NCBI GenBank assembly: GCA_001724265.1
Contig: MEDY01000133.1
Location: 1 to 64,000 of the forward strand
Source of the DNA: Rhizaria sp. SCN 62-66
Lineage: Eukaryota
DNA: 64,000 bases
Direction of reading: 5' to 3'
Below the pieces are notes generated by a model. It had not been told where the DNA came from and ran no database searches. It saw nothing but the letters and a program-made list of their open reading frames with translations. Shown one piece after another: positions 11,543 to 24,343 of this stretch; within the stretch, counting starts at the first letter, position 1; every line of letters begins with the position of its first letter. The translations under genes and the position numbers were made by a program.

Positions 11543-14500
11543 TTATGAGTCGATGCCATTGAGAAACCGATACAGCTTGCGCGCGTTATTCTCCCCGACA
11601 CCAGGAACTGTCTTGATCTGTTCCTCAGTAGCCTGACTGAGCGCAGCCAGCGATGAAAACGCGCGCGCAATCTGCGGAGCTGACGCCGGCGTTACACCTA
11701 CGAAACACAAAGATAACACAAAATAACGTTAGAATAGTGATCAGATTTACGGATTCGATTGCGATTATTGCTAATCATGAAATCCGGCGATTCATAGTTC
11801 AGATTTAACCACTTACCTGGAAGTGCTTTCAGGATATCAGTCGCTCGAGTTGATGCCCGCTTGGAAAACGGCCCACCGTCACTGCTCACAGTCGCCACAG
11901 CCAGCGCACGCGCACTACTTGCGCGATTGGAGTCGCTCACTGACGTTCGCGTCGGTTGGGAGTCCACGTCTGTAGTTTCGGCGGTCGCAGCGTTGTTCTT
12001 GTTGGGATTGACTAACCGTCCGATCGCAGAATCTGCAGGAACGCTAACAGTCACACGATTCGCAGTTACACCAGAGTTAGCATTGGCGCTAGCCACGTTG
12101 GCATTCAAGTTGGCCTCCGCGACAGCGGCGGGCACATCCATAGTCCCGCTGTGGGTCGGCAACGGAGGCTCAGGCCGGCCGCGCTTAAGCTGAAGGAAGA
12201 TTGATGACGAGTGTTGAGGTCCCCGGGACCAGAGCTGAACAAGACAACGCGAATATGAACATAAAATGAGGCCAAATGATCGAATCCAAAAAAAGAAATT
12301 GAAAAATTACTCATGCACATGGGTAAAAATAAATCGATACACGTTATGATTATGATTGACAAAACGTTGGATATTTGAAGAACGTACGAGGCGCATTGTA
12401 GGGAAGCGAATCACCAAATCAACCAACAACGTTCCAATTGATCGCGAGTTCAAATTAGGTGTCACCCACGTCGGCCCGCCTGTACTAGCACTGCTGCTAA
12501 CATTCGCACTCGCAGCGGCACTCGCATTTGCATTGGGGCGTTGTTGACCTGCAGAACCCTGGGTATGACTCTGGTTACCCATAATTGTCGACGTTGCTGA
12601 ATTGCTCGGGCTCGCCTCCATCACCACGCCCATATCAGCGTAAAGTGATTGTAAGTACCGCCGAGACAACGCCCCCGCGCCCGCTGTGCCACCGCCCGCG
12701 CCGTACACGGGCACCAGCCCGAATCCACCGCCGGCCTCAGCGTCTGTCTCAATCAATAGTAAAGGGGCGGGGATAGTGCGCGTTAACGTGCGCATTTGCG
12801 ACAATAGGCGCGGGGTGATGTCGGTAATTCCAGGGCCAGGTTGCGATGGACGCAGTGACTGTGACAAATCGGGAAGAGACTTGCGCTCGACAATGAGAGA
12901 CGGCGTGAGCAGAAAGTCACCAATTGACAACGTCGACGGTACGAGCTAAGAGGGCAACCAACAGGCAAAAAAACATGAGCTATTACAAAGGATGTGTTTT
13001 CTTATCGCATGTATCTGATGCATAGTTGGTGTCAAGCAAGAAATAACACATTTCACCAAATTGTAAGTCAACCTATGCTCGACATCAGAACGTACCTCAA
13101 TTCCTGCAGCGTCAAGGGCGGCGGGAAGTTTCGAGTTAAACTCGCGGATATCCACGACAACCACAGGCCTGCGCAGTGCAAGTAGCCGCGCCGCCCATAG
13201 ATCGCTTCCGAAGCCGCCCACTAGCTGGCCGCCACCGCCACCAGCGTCACTGCTGCTGAGAGAAGTGAGAGCTGTTGCGAGTGCGGAGGACGAGGCGTGC
13301 GGACCGAGTCCCCTGAGAGCGTCTGCTTCACTGCCGCTAAGCCCAGCAGCTGCAGCAGCACTCGCGCTGCCCGCATTTGCTGTCGCTGTTGAACCTGGCG
13401 CGACACCGCCACGACGGGTGCTATTTGTGCCGGTGCGTGCGTCCTGAGCGGCGTTGTAGTCATCAAGCGCGCTGCGGGCCTTTGTGCGCTCGAGTAAGGA
13501 TGCGAAAGATGACGCGCCGCGGCGGGCGCTGTCGGCGTCAACGTCGGATCCAATCTCAATAGCAGAGGCGGCCAGTGCTGCAATAAAACGTCATCAAATC
13601 AAATGTAAGAAGTAAAAGTAAGCACATGAGGCAAGGTACATTCAAGAGCCAGTTGATTAAGGGCAATACACCAAACACACAAGAATTCAGATACAGTTAT
13701 AAAAACGATTGTTTGATCTTCGGGATACGAATGTACCGTCGCCATAATGCGTTAGGCTCGACTCTGTTGCCGCTCCAGACGCTGTTGGACTAGCGCTTGT
13801 AACGGTATAGTTAGGGTTCGCGCGTGCGGCCAGCAGCCTGCGTTTGGCTTGAGCTGCAGTCTCCGTCAGCACCATTGTCGCGCGGCACTCGATCAACGTG
13901 TCAAACGCAGATGCCTCTGCAGCAGCAGCACTCGCGACCGCCGCAGCAGCGCTGGCGGGAGCATACGCGTTTCGCTTACTATTCGAGTCGCTAGTCGGTG
14001 CTTGTTGTGCGAGGACAAATACGCGCGGTCGAGCAACGCTCCAGAGTGACTCGACAACTGCAGTAGCGCTTGAGATCGACGACGTCGAGTCACCAAGCGA
14101 ATGTTTCTTGTTGGTAAGCGGGAGAGTGATTTCAAGCTCCCAAGGACTTACAGTCGCGGGTAAAGGGCTTGCAGAGATACTGATGTCGACGGAGTTGTTG
14201 CCTTCGTGCAGCAGAGAAGTTAAGCCTCTGCCTCCAACATGACAGTCGGCAAGCTTGTTCGTAAGGCACTCACAGCAAGAGTCGTAACTACCATTGTCAT
14301 CGCTGATATTACACTTGCAGCGGATCACGAGCGTCACAGTGACGACAGCCGCACCAGCAGCAACGCAGGCTCTGAGATCAACAGTGTTAGTAATATCAGG
14401 TGCAAGCTCAAGAGCCACAGACGCCGGCAAGACAGCAGCACTTGGCAGTGCGTCAAGCGAGTTTGAACATGTCTGTGGGCCGGAAGTGCCTTCTGTAACG

Positions 14501-17500
14501 GCAGTAGCAATAGAGCTAGCTCCACCACTGTTCGCGCTCGTCGAGCTTACAGTATTGTTGTTATTGTTAATCGCAGCAGCAGGGCCGTAGATGCTGTCAC
14601 GCACGCTAACAACGGGGGCTTGATCAGGCACCAGTGCGAATATGAACGTGACACGCATAGTCTTGAAGCTAAGCCGCTCCGTGACACCGCGGTGCGATGC
14701 GAGAAGTGAAGAGACTTTGGGCAGCGCAGAAGAGGTGTACAGAGGTGCTAAGTGACCATGGGCAGTGAGGGCAGTGCGACTGTGAGCAGAGCCAATCAAG
14801 ACCATTGCAATAGGGCTCATCGTGCCGATAACGGTGACATCATGAGTTCTCGCACTTGAGCTCGTGTTATATGCAGCGCTGCTTGCCACGCTTCTAATCT
14901 CATCGTCAGTCATGTTCGTTGCTGTCCGGTCACTGGAGTCCGTCATCTTCTCACTGGCGGTGTTAGCATCACCGTTACTGTTTGTATCATTCACTACAGG
15001 TAATTGGCCGCTGATGGATGACATTGTGTTCGAGACTGAGGGAAGATTCCAGCGCCATGCGCGGCTAAACTTCTGCGTCCCAGGGGGGCACCGGCAAAGG
15101 GCACGCAACGCACTTAACTCGGTACCGCTAACATCAGATGCACCAGATGCACTTGCAGCTAAACCAGAAACGCCTGAGCTTGACACATTTAAAGCTGCGT
15201 TGACTGCATCAAGCTCTGCTTCAGCTTCGGCCTCAGCATCAGCGTCTGCCTCGGCCTCGGCCTCAGCTGCCTCAGCAACTGCTTCCACGAGTAAAGCAGC
15301 GGACGAAGACTCGCGCTGATTGACACTCGGCCGCGTCGGTTGCAGTGCAAAGAGCGGTAAGTAACCGGATGATGTAAGTACCACCGCAGCATCCATCCAC
15401 TTAGATCCCCAGCCAGTAGCGGCGGTTGTTGCGACTGCAGCAGAGGCAGCGGCGATAAGTGACGGGGCGGGGCCTGTAACGAGACTAGGCACAGTCATGG
15501 GCACGACCTTCTCACAGACGTAACGACTGCTACCAACCGCTACCTCAATACCGCTGGCGAGACTGCCCTTATTGGTGTCATTATGCATGTGTGTGAATGC
15601 ACGAGCCTTCGCTTTAGCAAGCGCATCTGTAGCTTGGAGGCGATGTAGCGCATGTGCTGTCAACCAACCGCAGCTTGCGCCAGATCCGCTTGAAACAACG
15701 ACGACAGGAGAAGCAGGAACAGTGTCAGCCGTGCGACTGCTATCAGTCTCATGGATCGCGCTAGTGGTAGAACGTGGGGTACTTAGATCAGCGTAAGTAC
15801 CAGTAGCTGTGTTGCGCAGTCCGGTGATTGCTGTGAATGCAGCGCTGAGTGGAGTTAGCGCCAACTGGCCCTTCGTATGCGCTGCAGCCCAGAGCTCAGT
15901 CGCCCGCAGAGCTGGCAGTGTCGGTGCAGCAATCACGACTGCCGCGGGGACCGGGGTGGTGACCGTGAGCACGGAGGGTAAGAGACGTGAAGGGATGGCG
16001 ATCACGGTCACCGGGATTGCAATGGCACCCACACCGCCGTTGTCGACACTCATAGAGCTCTGCTGAACTGAATGCACTGCACCAAGTTTACTCCACGCTT
16101 TTGACGAGAGCAGCTTTTTGGGCAGTGAAAGATCGATGCCAGGTGAAAACACGGAAAAATGGCTGACGTGGACACTAATCGAAGAAGAGGAGCTTGCGCT
16201 GCCAATGTTTGACGTTGAAACGAATGTGCCACTTTTGTTCTCGGTCTCATTATCATCATCATCATCATCGTCATCGTCGTCGTTGTCGTCGGCGCCAATA
16301 TCGTCGTTATTGAGAGTAGGATCGATCTCGTCATCGCTGGCCTGCACACTGTGGAGGCCGTCATCGTCGACACTGATATCAATGCTGTTCATGTTGTCGT
16401 CGCCATTCTCGCTCGCGCCACCATCATCGTCGTTGTTGGCAACGGCGCTTGTGGTACTTTCAGATACACCCTTGGATTTGGATGACCATGCTGCCTTTGT
16501 CGGGGTACCTTTGCTTTTACTCCTCACCTTCTCGCGCGTTGCACTCACAAAACTCACACCGGCGCTTTTCTGCTGTTCCTCGAGCCTCAAGAGCTGTTGC
16601 TTCTTGTAGTACGCTAACTGTGACTTTTCACGCTCAACGTGCGCCCTTGCCATCTCCGCAGCCGCTGCTTCACGCAATAACCACGTCTCAACTCGCTCGG
16701 CCAACAGGGGCGGCTTAGCATAAATGCCGCCAGATGGGTCGGTAACATAAGCCGCATTGTATGTCCGCAAAGCAAAGAGTTCTCGTTCAATAGCTGCATA
16801 CGGCGAGGAAGTGCTATTGATCGAACCACCGGAGGCAGAGACAGGAACAACAGTCGCAGCCGCTGAAAGCAGCGGTGGCAAACAGTCAATCGAGGGAGCA
16901 GTGCGCTTACGTGAATATAAGCCGCCAGGCGCTGGCGCTGAGCCGGCAGAAGTAGAGGTAGAGCTGCTGCTGGCATGTTGTGTCTGTGGTTGTTGCTGCT
17001 GTTGTTGCTGCTGTTGGAGAAGTTGTTGCTGTTGTTGCTGTTGATGTTGCTTGAGTTGCTGTTGGGGCGCGATTTTCAGGTAAGCCGCGAGCGCTGCCCG
17101 TTGAGCGAGCGGCAACAATGGCGGGATACAGCAACAACGACTGTCGTGACCATAGAAGCGACTGTGACCGTGAGCATCAGACTTGTTTGCTCCGGGAACA
17201 AGGTGGCTGTGCACAGGACAGCGGGATACGAGCTGCGGCAGTAGGTTCACAAGCAGTGCCAGAGACGGAGGTTTGGGTACACCGGCACAAACAGTCAACA
17301 AACCGTTCATATAAGCATCACGCTCACTTGCTGTGGCTGCAGCTGCACAACTCGATGCTGAAGTTGTGGTGAAATGATGCGGAGTACTTAGATTCGACGT
17401 CAACGCCACCTCTTGTAAGTACTGTTCCCAGCGGCGCCGCAGCACGCTGCCCCGTACAGCGTCCACGGCAGATGCGTTAACGCAGTGCGGATTCTGCCGA

Positions 17501-20500
17501 GACCTTGGATCGTCATCGTCGCCACGGTCAGCAGCAACAGCAGCAGAAACACTGGACTTTGACTTGGTAGCACTGAGATTCGCCAGTGCAGCTTTGAGGT
17601 ATGATGAGACTGTACCGAGCGTGCCACCAGAGTTGACTGCGACTATGACAGTCAAAGCACCTGCAGTGCTAACGGCGCTGCTGCTACCAGAAAAGCTGCT
17701 GTTACAATTGACGCCAGCGTTGTAGATTGACGCCGAGGTAAACGCAGCGATGGCTCGTGCGTCTGACTCGTCTAAGTCCCTGGCGTCGCTGTAAGTACTC
17801 TCGTTCTGAGAGGAGTCTTGAGTGGTTTGCTGGTGATCAACTTCGACGTGTCCATGAGGGCCGAGCCGTGTAAGCACCCCCTTAGAGCTCGACGGCGGCG
17901 CGAGCCTGTGACGCAGCCGGTTTAGGTGCTTGATGATGCGCACTGCCCGCTCTGCAGCAGCGGTCGCGGCACTAGCAGCGGTTGCGGCGGCTGTTTCTAA
18001 CGTTGGATCAGTCTCCAACACAGGCCTGAGGACAGTGGCACCGAGACCGAGCGTGCTACTCACAGTCACTTGCGTCGCAATATTGCTCCCAAAAGTCACT
18101 GCAGACACAGTCGTACTGGCGCCGCCACTGGCACTCTCACTTGCACTCGAACTCGCACTCGCAGTGTCATTACTATCACGGTCACCGTCTTCGATATAAT
18201 CATTGCTCTTCCTACCCTTAGTCGCTGTAAGGGTTTTCTTCAGCTGATGTTGGTGTTGTTGTGTTGAAGTCTCTCCGTGCAACTCCGCCTTTGTCGGTTT
18301 CCCAAGATGGCTCAGATCCCAGTCAATCACAAACACCCTTGCCTTTGCTGCACTCAACAGCTCTTGTCCAGCCGATGTCAGAGCCCACAGCCCACCACCG
18401 CCCCCGGGCCGCGCTAGCAAGGGGCCCAAAGTTACTGCAGCAGCGTCAGTTAAACCAATGCCGCCACCGCTGCCACTGCGGCCGTATTTGTAGCCTGACG
18501 ATGTTGACGACGAGAAAGTTAAGCCGCTGCCGCCCTTAGAGCTGGACTGTGCAGAGTACTTGGACGCGCGGGCACGGGAAGACGCTTGTAGAGCTTGATC
18601 AAGCACGGCTAACGGTGAGAAGTTAAGCCGCGTGCTGACACCAACGATACTCACATTCGCGCCAGAGCCAGCGCTCAAACTAGAACTTGGGTTTGCAGTC
18701 GCGCTAGAGCTGCTGCTGTTGTTATTAGCTGGGCTGTTATCGTATGAGATGAGAGTGCTTGTGGTGATGCTAGCAGTGCTGTTTGTGACCGCATTGCCAC
18801 CCCGCGTCGCCGCAGTGCGTGCGTCTTGATAAGCCGATAACACAGTGCGGTAAAAGTCAATAGAGTCGGAAGTGTGGAGGACCGAAAAAAGGTGTTTCAG
18901 AACACAGAGATCGATGAGGCATGCTAATGTGGGCGCAGCAAGAGCGGGTGCCGCGACGATCAGACGACTCGGCAACACTGAAGGGAGCCCGGATCCAGAT
19001 GATGATGACAATGACGACGCTGCTGCTGATGACTGTGACTCGGCAGAGAGAGACGAACTTCCGCCATCGCGCTTGTTGCTTTGAGTGTAAGCGAATGCGT
19101 TGTTCGTCGAGAGTGATGTAAGTACCAGTGCCGTCACAGCACTTAGAATGTCTTCGAGTGACATACCGCCGCTGCCACTGTTAGCACCCTGAGTGTTACC
19201 TACAGTTGCAGTCGCTTGATCAGCAGTGTCTAAGTACCCGTCAGATGTGAGTACCCCAGCTCCAAGCACAGTGCTCACAGTCATTTGACTGCATACGCAG
19301 CCGCCACTGCCACCAAAGCTATTCTCTGCTTCACCACCAGTGCTAGTGGTGTGGGCGCTGTTGTTCACGCTGACGCTGCCCTTGTTCATGGTCACAACCT
19401 CGGTCACAAGTGACTGGACCAGCTTCAGCAGCAGCGCTCGCACACGGACAACGCCAGCCGACTGTGTCGCCGGCACGGATACCACCGCGGCCGCAGCCGC
19501 GGGTCGCAGTCGCCACGCGCCCGCTCCGGCTGAACCATCTCCACTTTGTGCGGCTGTGCTGGAAGTGGAGAGGTGTCCAAGAACCGAAAAAACAGCCACA
19601 CGCCATGACATCGCACCTGCAACACCAGAAGTGAATAATGAGTGAGAGTCAGATTGCGAGCGCAGAGCAGGTGGCTGCGGGCCCGTGTTTTCACTGCTGT
19701 TCGGTGACTGTAGGCAGAGGTTGGCGAGTGCGGTGAGCAAATGGTTGGTTGGAGCAGAGGCAGAGACTGCGTTGCGCACAGTCAAAGGGATACTACTCAC
19801 GGTCGCTTGGCTTGTCACGAGAGTGTACGCCTCCGAAGCGAGAGCTGTGGCAGCACGCGAACTCATGGCATCATCGTCACTTGCACTCGAACTCGGACTC
19901 ACACTCGCACGAGAGCCTGCGTGACGAATGTTCGAGAGATGTGGCGCTAGAGTTGGGGGGCATGACGGCTGCGGCAACGATAGCAGGACTAACACTGCTA
20001 CGAGAGTCTCCAAGACGCTGACTAAGGGGGTACTTAGGTGGCCATCGTTCGAGGTGCCTCCAGGAGCCGGCGTTGCAGCCCGCGATGGCTCAGAGCCTGG
20101 CTGTTGCTGTTGCTGATGTAGTTGTTGTAAGTAGACATGCGTCAACGCAAGAGCGAATAGTTCGACAAGTGACTGGGATTCAAGCGACCGTGAGCGCAAC
20201 CGAGATAACTGCAATCCAGCAGATACGGATGGCTGCGTTGCAAGTGATTGTGCGTGCATCAGAGCTGATGACATCTCGGACTCGGAACGGACAGTGTACA
20301 TCTACTGCAGGCTGCTACTCCTTCCCTCAAACGACTGTGGCGGTGAGTTGGTAGCTGCTCCCGCAGCGTAACCGACCGCGGCTGCGGTCGCCGCCGCCAC
20401 AGACACTGCTGATGTCACCGCGGATGCGACTATGCCAGCGAGCGACGCGAGCCGCTGCGCATGCCAGTGAATTCCTGGCAAAACAGCAGCGCCATATCCA

Positions 20501-21906
20501 ATGGGGGGGCCACTGGGAACAACATACGCTGGCTGTTGCCAACTACTCGAGTCTGTGATGTTAATGCGAGAGCTCGCGCTCGCGTTTGCAGAAGTGTTTG
20601 TGGTGTTGACGGTGGTGTTGCTGAAACGAGGGGGAGTGTAGTCGTAACCACGACTAGTGCATTCCATGACCCACAACGCTTGCTCACAGTCACTCTCATA
20701 CTGCTCCGGATCAGTCACAGTCCGTTCTGACAGATGAGACAGCTCACAGTCAGTGTCTGTCCGCTGCACACGGTCACTCGTCGACTGCTCACGGTCACTC
20801 ATGGCAGTGCCACCAAGCTGAGTGACCATGAGCCCGCCAAAAGGCCGATTAGCATTGGAACTCACACCCGCACGTGTACTTGCAACGACAGTCGTCGTAT
20901 CACTGGCGTCGGCTTTGGTGGCTGTGAGCACGATCGGTGCCTGTTGTAGCAACAACGACTGTAGTGCCCTCGGCCAAACTGACTGCTGCTGATGCTGATG
21001 TGACACCGGTGACTGCGGCCGCGTCATTCCCTCTCCAGACCTCAGAAGCAAAGGGCGCAGATGAAAACCCGCGGGACTCGTGGTCAGAAGCACCTGCGGC
21101 GACTGTGGCCACGCCTGCGCCCTCTGCGGCTCTAGCCCCGCCACCACAAGTGCGTTGAACCGCGGCCACAGCCGAATGCGACTCAACGTCAAAGCCCTGA
21201 GCAGCCTCTCGAGCGCCAGACCGCCGCCGCGGGCCACAGCCAGGGGGTCGTCGGTCAGAGAGGAGACGAAGGCAGAGGCGGGAGCGCGGGTACGGAAGAG
21301 TCGCAGTGCGAACTCGTAGTGGCTACCGCTACTAGCGCCGCTGCCGCCGCTGCCGCTGTCGCCAGCGTTACTGTTTGCACTTGTGGTAGTCGCAGTCGTG
21401 GCCGTAGCAGCAGGAGCGGCGCTCCCGTCGCTCGCGCCATCGCTGGAGGCGGGTGTGGCTGCGGCTGCGGCCGCCGCGGCTGATGCAGTGGTTGGGAGAG
21501 CGATGGTGGTGGAGGATTGAGGGCGCAACAGCAATAGCCCAGTCAAAGCAGCGTAAGGGATCGTGTGCGAGAGGATGTCGACAATTAAGTTGCGTGGGGT
21601 GGTGGCAACAACGCCGCCGGCAAGGTATGCGTGCTGGCGCTCAAGAGGGGTTGAGGACGTGAGATATGTGATGGGTTTTAGCCGTGCAGCTGTTAACGCC
21701 ACAGACAATAACTCGCACTGACTTGCAGTCATGCCGAGCACGAGCAGAAGCGATCGCGGGGTTGCATAGCGCGCAAGGTAGGATAGCAGAACAGCGTCGG
21801 GGGCGAGACCTGTGCCCAGGACGACGAGGGTGTCTGGTGTGGCGAGATCAGAGACGATGGGGGCGAGGAAGCGGAGGGACTGGACCTCGGTCCATAACGC
21901 GCTCAT
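11543..21906 (-). CDS. ERCC4: DNA repair endonuclease XPF/ERCC4/Rad1, greatly expanded (~3260 aa, 5 exons, 1 in-frame TAG)
   Basis: Exons 21906-13737, 13577-13096, 12945-12388, 12234-11817 and 11697-11543. N-terminal helicase-like motifs (YLAGGVVATTPRNLIVDIL, FALRLFR, LWPRF). Nuclease motifs VVVDIREF.SKLP and GDFLLTPSLIVERKS. C-terminal HhH (ILKALPGVT...VPGVGENNARKLYRFL). In-frame TAG at 20302-20304. Stop TAA. Confidence 0.9.
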
Positions 21907-22467
21907 CGGTCCCCAGGATATGCGCTCTTAGGCAGGGATTTTAAAATAGGCTAAGAAACATATAAGATAAATAATCGTGCTAGGTTAGAATGTGATTGTT
22001 TTGAACTCACTGACGGAAGATTGGGCGAGATATCCAAAGGGGAAGATCTGCAACTTAAGGCGGGCAACGAGATCCATCTGATCAAGAACAGCTGGCGAAA
22101 CCACATATGGACTGAATCGAACAGGTATATCTTTACCTATGGAATTAAAACACCCCTATATAAAATAACTGTGTATGGTTGGCTTTATAATCACGGGGTG
22201 GCCATAGAGCAGATATTTATCCTTGTCAAAGACGCAAAATGCAACTCGGAACACTCATCGCAACTCAGGCTACCATGTCACGATCCATGATTGCACAGTC
22301 ATCGCAGTAGCACTAAAACACAAGTCAAATACACTAGAATGCGTAGCTTTGATATTATAATCATTCATATGCAACTCAGCGCATCCGACTTAGGCGTGTC
22401 GTTATCTCGACGGTCACCTGTTCTAGTCATACTCTTTTTCGATCGACTGTTACAGCTCTTCCAACGT

Positions 22468-23613
22468 TCACCGGTTTGCACTGGCGTTGCCCTGGCCCTG
22501 ACCTTGATTGTTGTTGTTGCGAGCAGGGCTATGTGAATCAATGTTAGGCCGCCCACCACCACCGCCGCCGAAACTACCACGGTTCTTATTGCCACCCCTG
22601 TTGTTATGGCCGCCGCCAAAGCCACTGCCACGACGTTGCTGCTGTTGCTGCTGCCCCCGGCCACGGTCACGGTCACCGCCGTAGCCGCCGCCGCCGCCGC
22701 CGCCGCCACGGCCCCAGCCGCCGTCGCCACCCCGGTCACCCCGGTCACGGTCGTTGTCATAGTAACGAGGCGGGGGTGAGCGGGAGCGGGAGCGGGAGCG
22801 TGACCACGAACGGCCGTAGCCAGGGTGACCGCGGCCACCAAAACGCGACGGTGGCGGCGGCGGCGGGCGTTGAGGGTACACAAACGCGACGTCGATCGTA
22901 TTACCGTCAATCGCGCCGCCATTGAGCGCACGCTTCGCCCTGTGTGCGTCTTCAAGAGTCGCCATGCAGATATAACACGTGCCGACGGGAATGCGGAAAA
23001 CAGCCTCGCGAACAAGCTCGACATACTCAACAGTACCGAAATGTGAGAAGATTTCGAAGACGTGTTTATCGTGGACGTTGCGCGTCAGGTTCGTCGCCAC
23101 TAGAAGCCGGGGATTTGGGGAGGTCGAGCGCGAGCGCGAGCGCGAGCGCTGGCGCGGCGACCAAGAACGCGAGCGTGACCGTGAGTGTGGGCGACGAGGA
23201 GGAGGAGGAGACCGTGACCGTGAGCTGCGGCGGTAACCACCGGCACCGGGAGGTGGGGAGCGAGAGCCGCGGCGGTAGCCACCACCAGCGGGGGCGCCGC
23301 TACCGCCGCCGCCGCCGCCGCGAGGAGGAGAGCGGGAGCGGGAGCGAGAGCGGCGGTGCGGGGGTCCTGCGTTGCTACCCGTCGCAGCGGAGGAAGGAAC
23401 TGCACTGGCGCGAGGGGGAGGGGAAGGGGAGCGAGGGCGGCGGTGGTTGGGGGGACTGCGGGAGCGGCTGCGGGAGTGTGAGCGACCGTGGGAGTAGTCA
23501 CGGCGTGCATAACTAGGGGAGAAAGCGTTTGCAGGAGGAGCAGAGCCGTGGGAAGACGAAGGACCGCCAGCGGGACGGGCGGGGGAAGGGTCGCCGGCCC
23601 GAAGCGATGACAT
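22468..23613 (-). CDS. RNPS1: RNPS1/SR45-like SR-rich RRM splicing factor, 381 aa
   Basis: RS-rich regions flank an RRM with NLTRNV...HVFEIFS.FG and LNGGAIDG, typical of RNPS1/SR45. Single exon; stop TGA. Confidence 0.85.
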   Translation of the reverse strand: MSSLRAGDPSPARPAGGPSSSHGSAPPANAFSPSYARRDYSHGRSHSRSRSRSPPNHRRPRSPSPPPRASAVPSSAATGSNAGPPHRRSRSRSRSPPRGGGGGGSGAPAGGGYRRGSRSPPPGAGGYRRSSRSRSPPPPRRPHSRSRSRSWSPRQRSRSRSRSTSPNPRLLVATNLTRNVHDKHVFEIFSHFGTVEYVELVREAVFRIPVGTCYICMATLEDAHRAKRALNGGAIDGNTIDVAFVYPQRPPPPPPSRFGGRGHPGYGRSWSRSRSRSRSPPPRYYDNDRDRGDRGGDGGWGRGGGGGGGGYGGDRDRGRGQQQQQQRRGSGFGGGHNNRGGNKNRGSFGGGGGGRPNIDSHSPARNNNNQGQGQGNASANR

Positions 23614-24343
23614 CTGAGCGCGAAAACAAAAGTGAAGATATCACATCGAAGACGAACGCGTGAGTTAGTACTATTGAAACTACACAATATCAACCTAGCT
23701 TAGTGACTCAATTCGGTGATAGATCCTTAATAGAACAAAGATCCATCGACTGGCAGTCGGTCGAGATCGAGGTCTTTGGGCAAAAACCTGAGAGAGGGTA
23801 GCCCGCTCGCCACCGCGCAGCGTCACGTCTCACGGAGCCATGAGCGTCACGCTTCCATAAACTGTCTGTAACTCGCACAACGAAACGTAGAGTGTCTTAA
23901 ACTTTCGCATTTTAGCATTAATTGTGTTTTTAAATTATGCACATAATAATCACTTACGCAATAACTGTGTATTTGTTGCGATACTCCAACGCAGTTTTCG
24001 GCGCTGACGAGTCACGACGCCGCCGTCACTCTTCCCTCCAATCCCTCTGAAGCGCAACAAAGACAGTGCTTTCCGCTGTCCTCGACTGCCCCTGCTAAAC
24101 CCCGGGTGTGTCTGTAACCCCCATTGCCTGGAGTGGGCTGAATCCACCGACAACAAGCACCTCTTCGCGGCTGCCGCTCAGTTTTGCATTCGTCTCATCA
24201 GTGTTACCTCTGCGTGACTACAGACTGGCCTCACGCTACCAAGCCCCGAGCCAGCGCGAACCACGCTATTTCCTTGCTCAACACTGCGTTAAACTCCGGC
24301 CGTTTGTCTTAAACCGAGCTGTTTCACGCCCCACATTCGCAGC

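Noticed and set aside
23690-23790. Possible tRNA (e.g. a UAG-decoding tRNA) in intergenic DNA
   Set aside because: Only a weak A-box-like string with no T-loop or cloverleaf. No tRNA, rRNA, CRISPR array or transposase was recognisable anywhere in the window.
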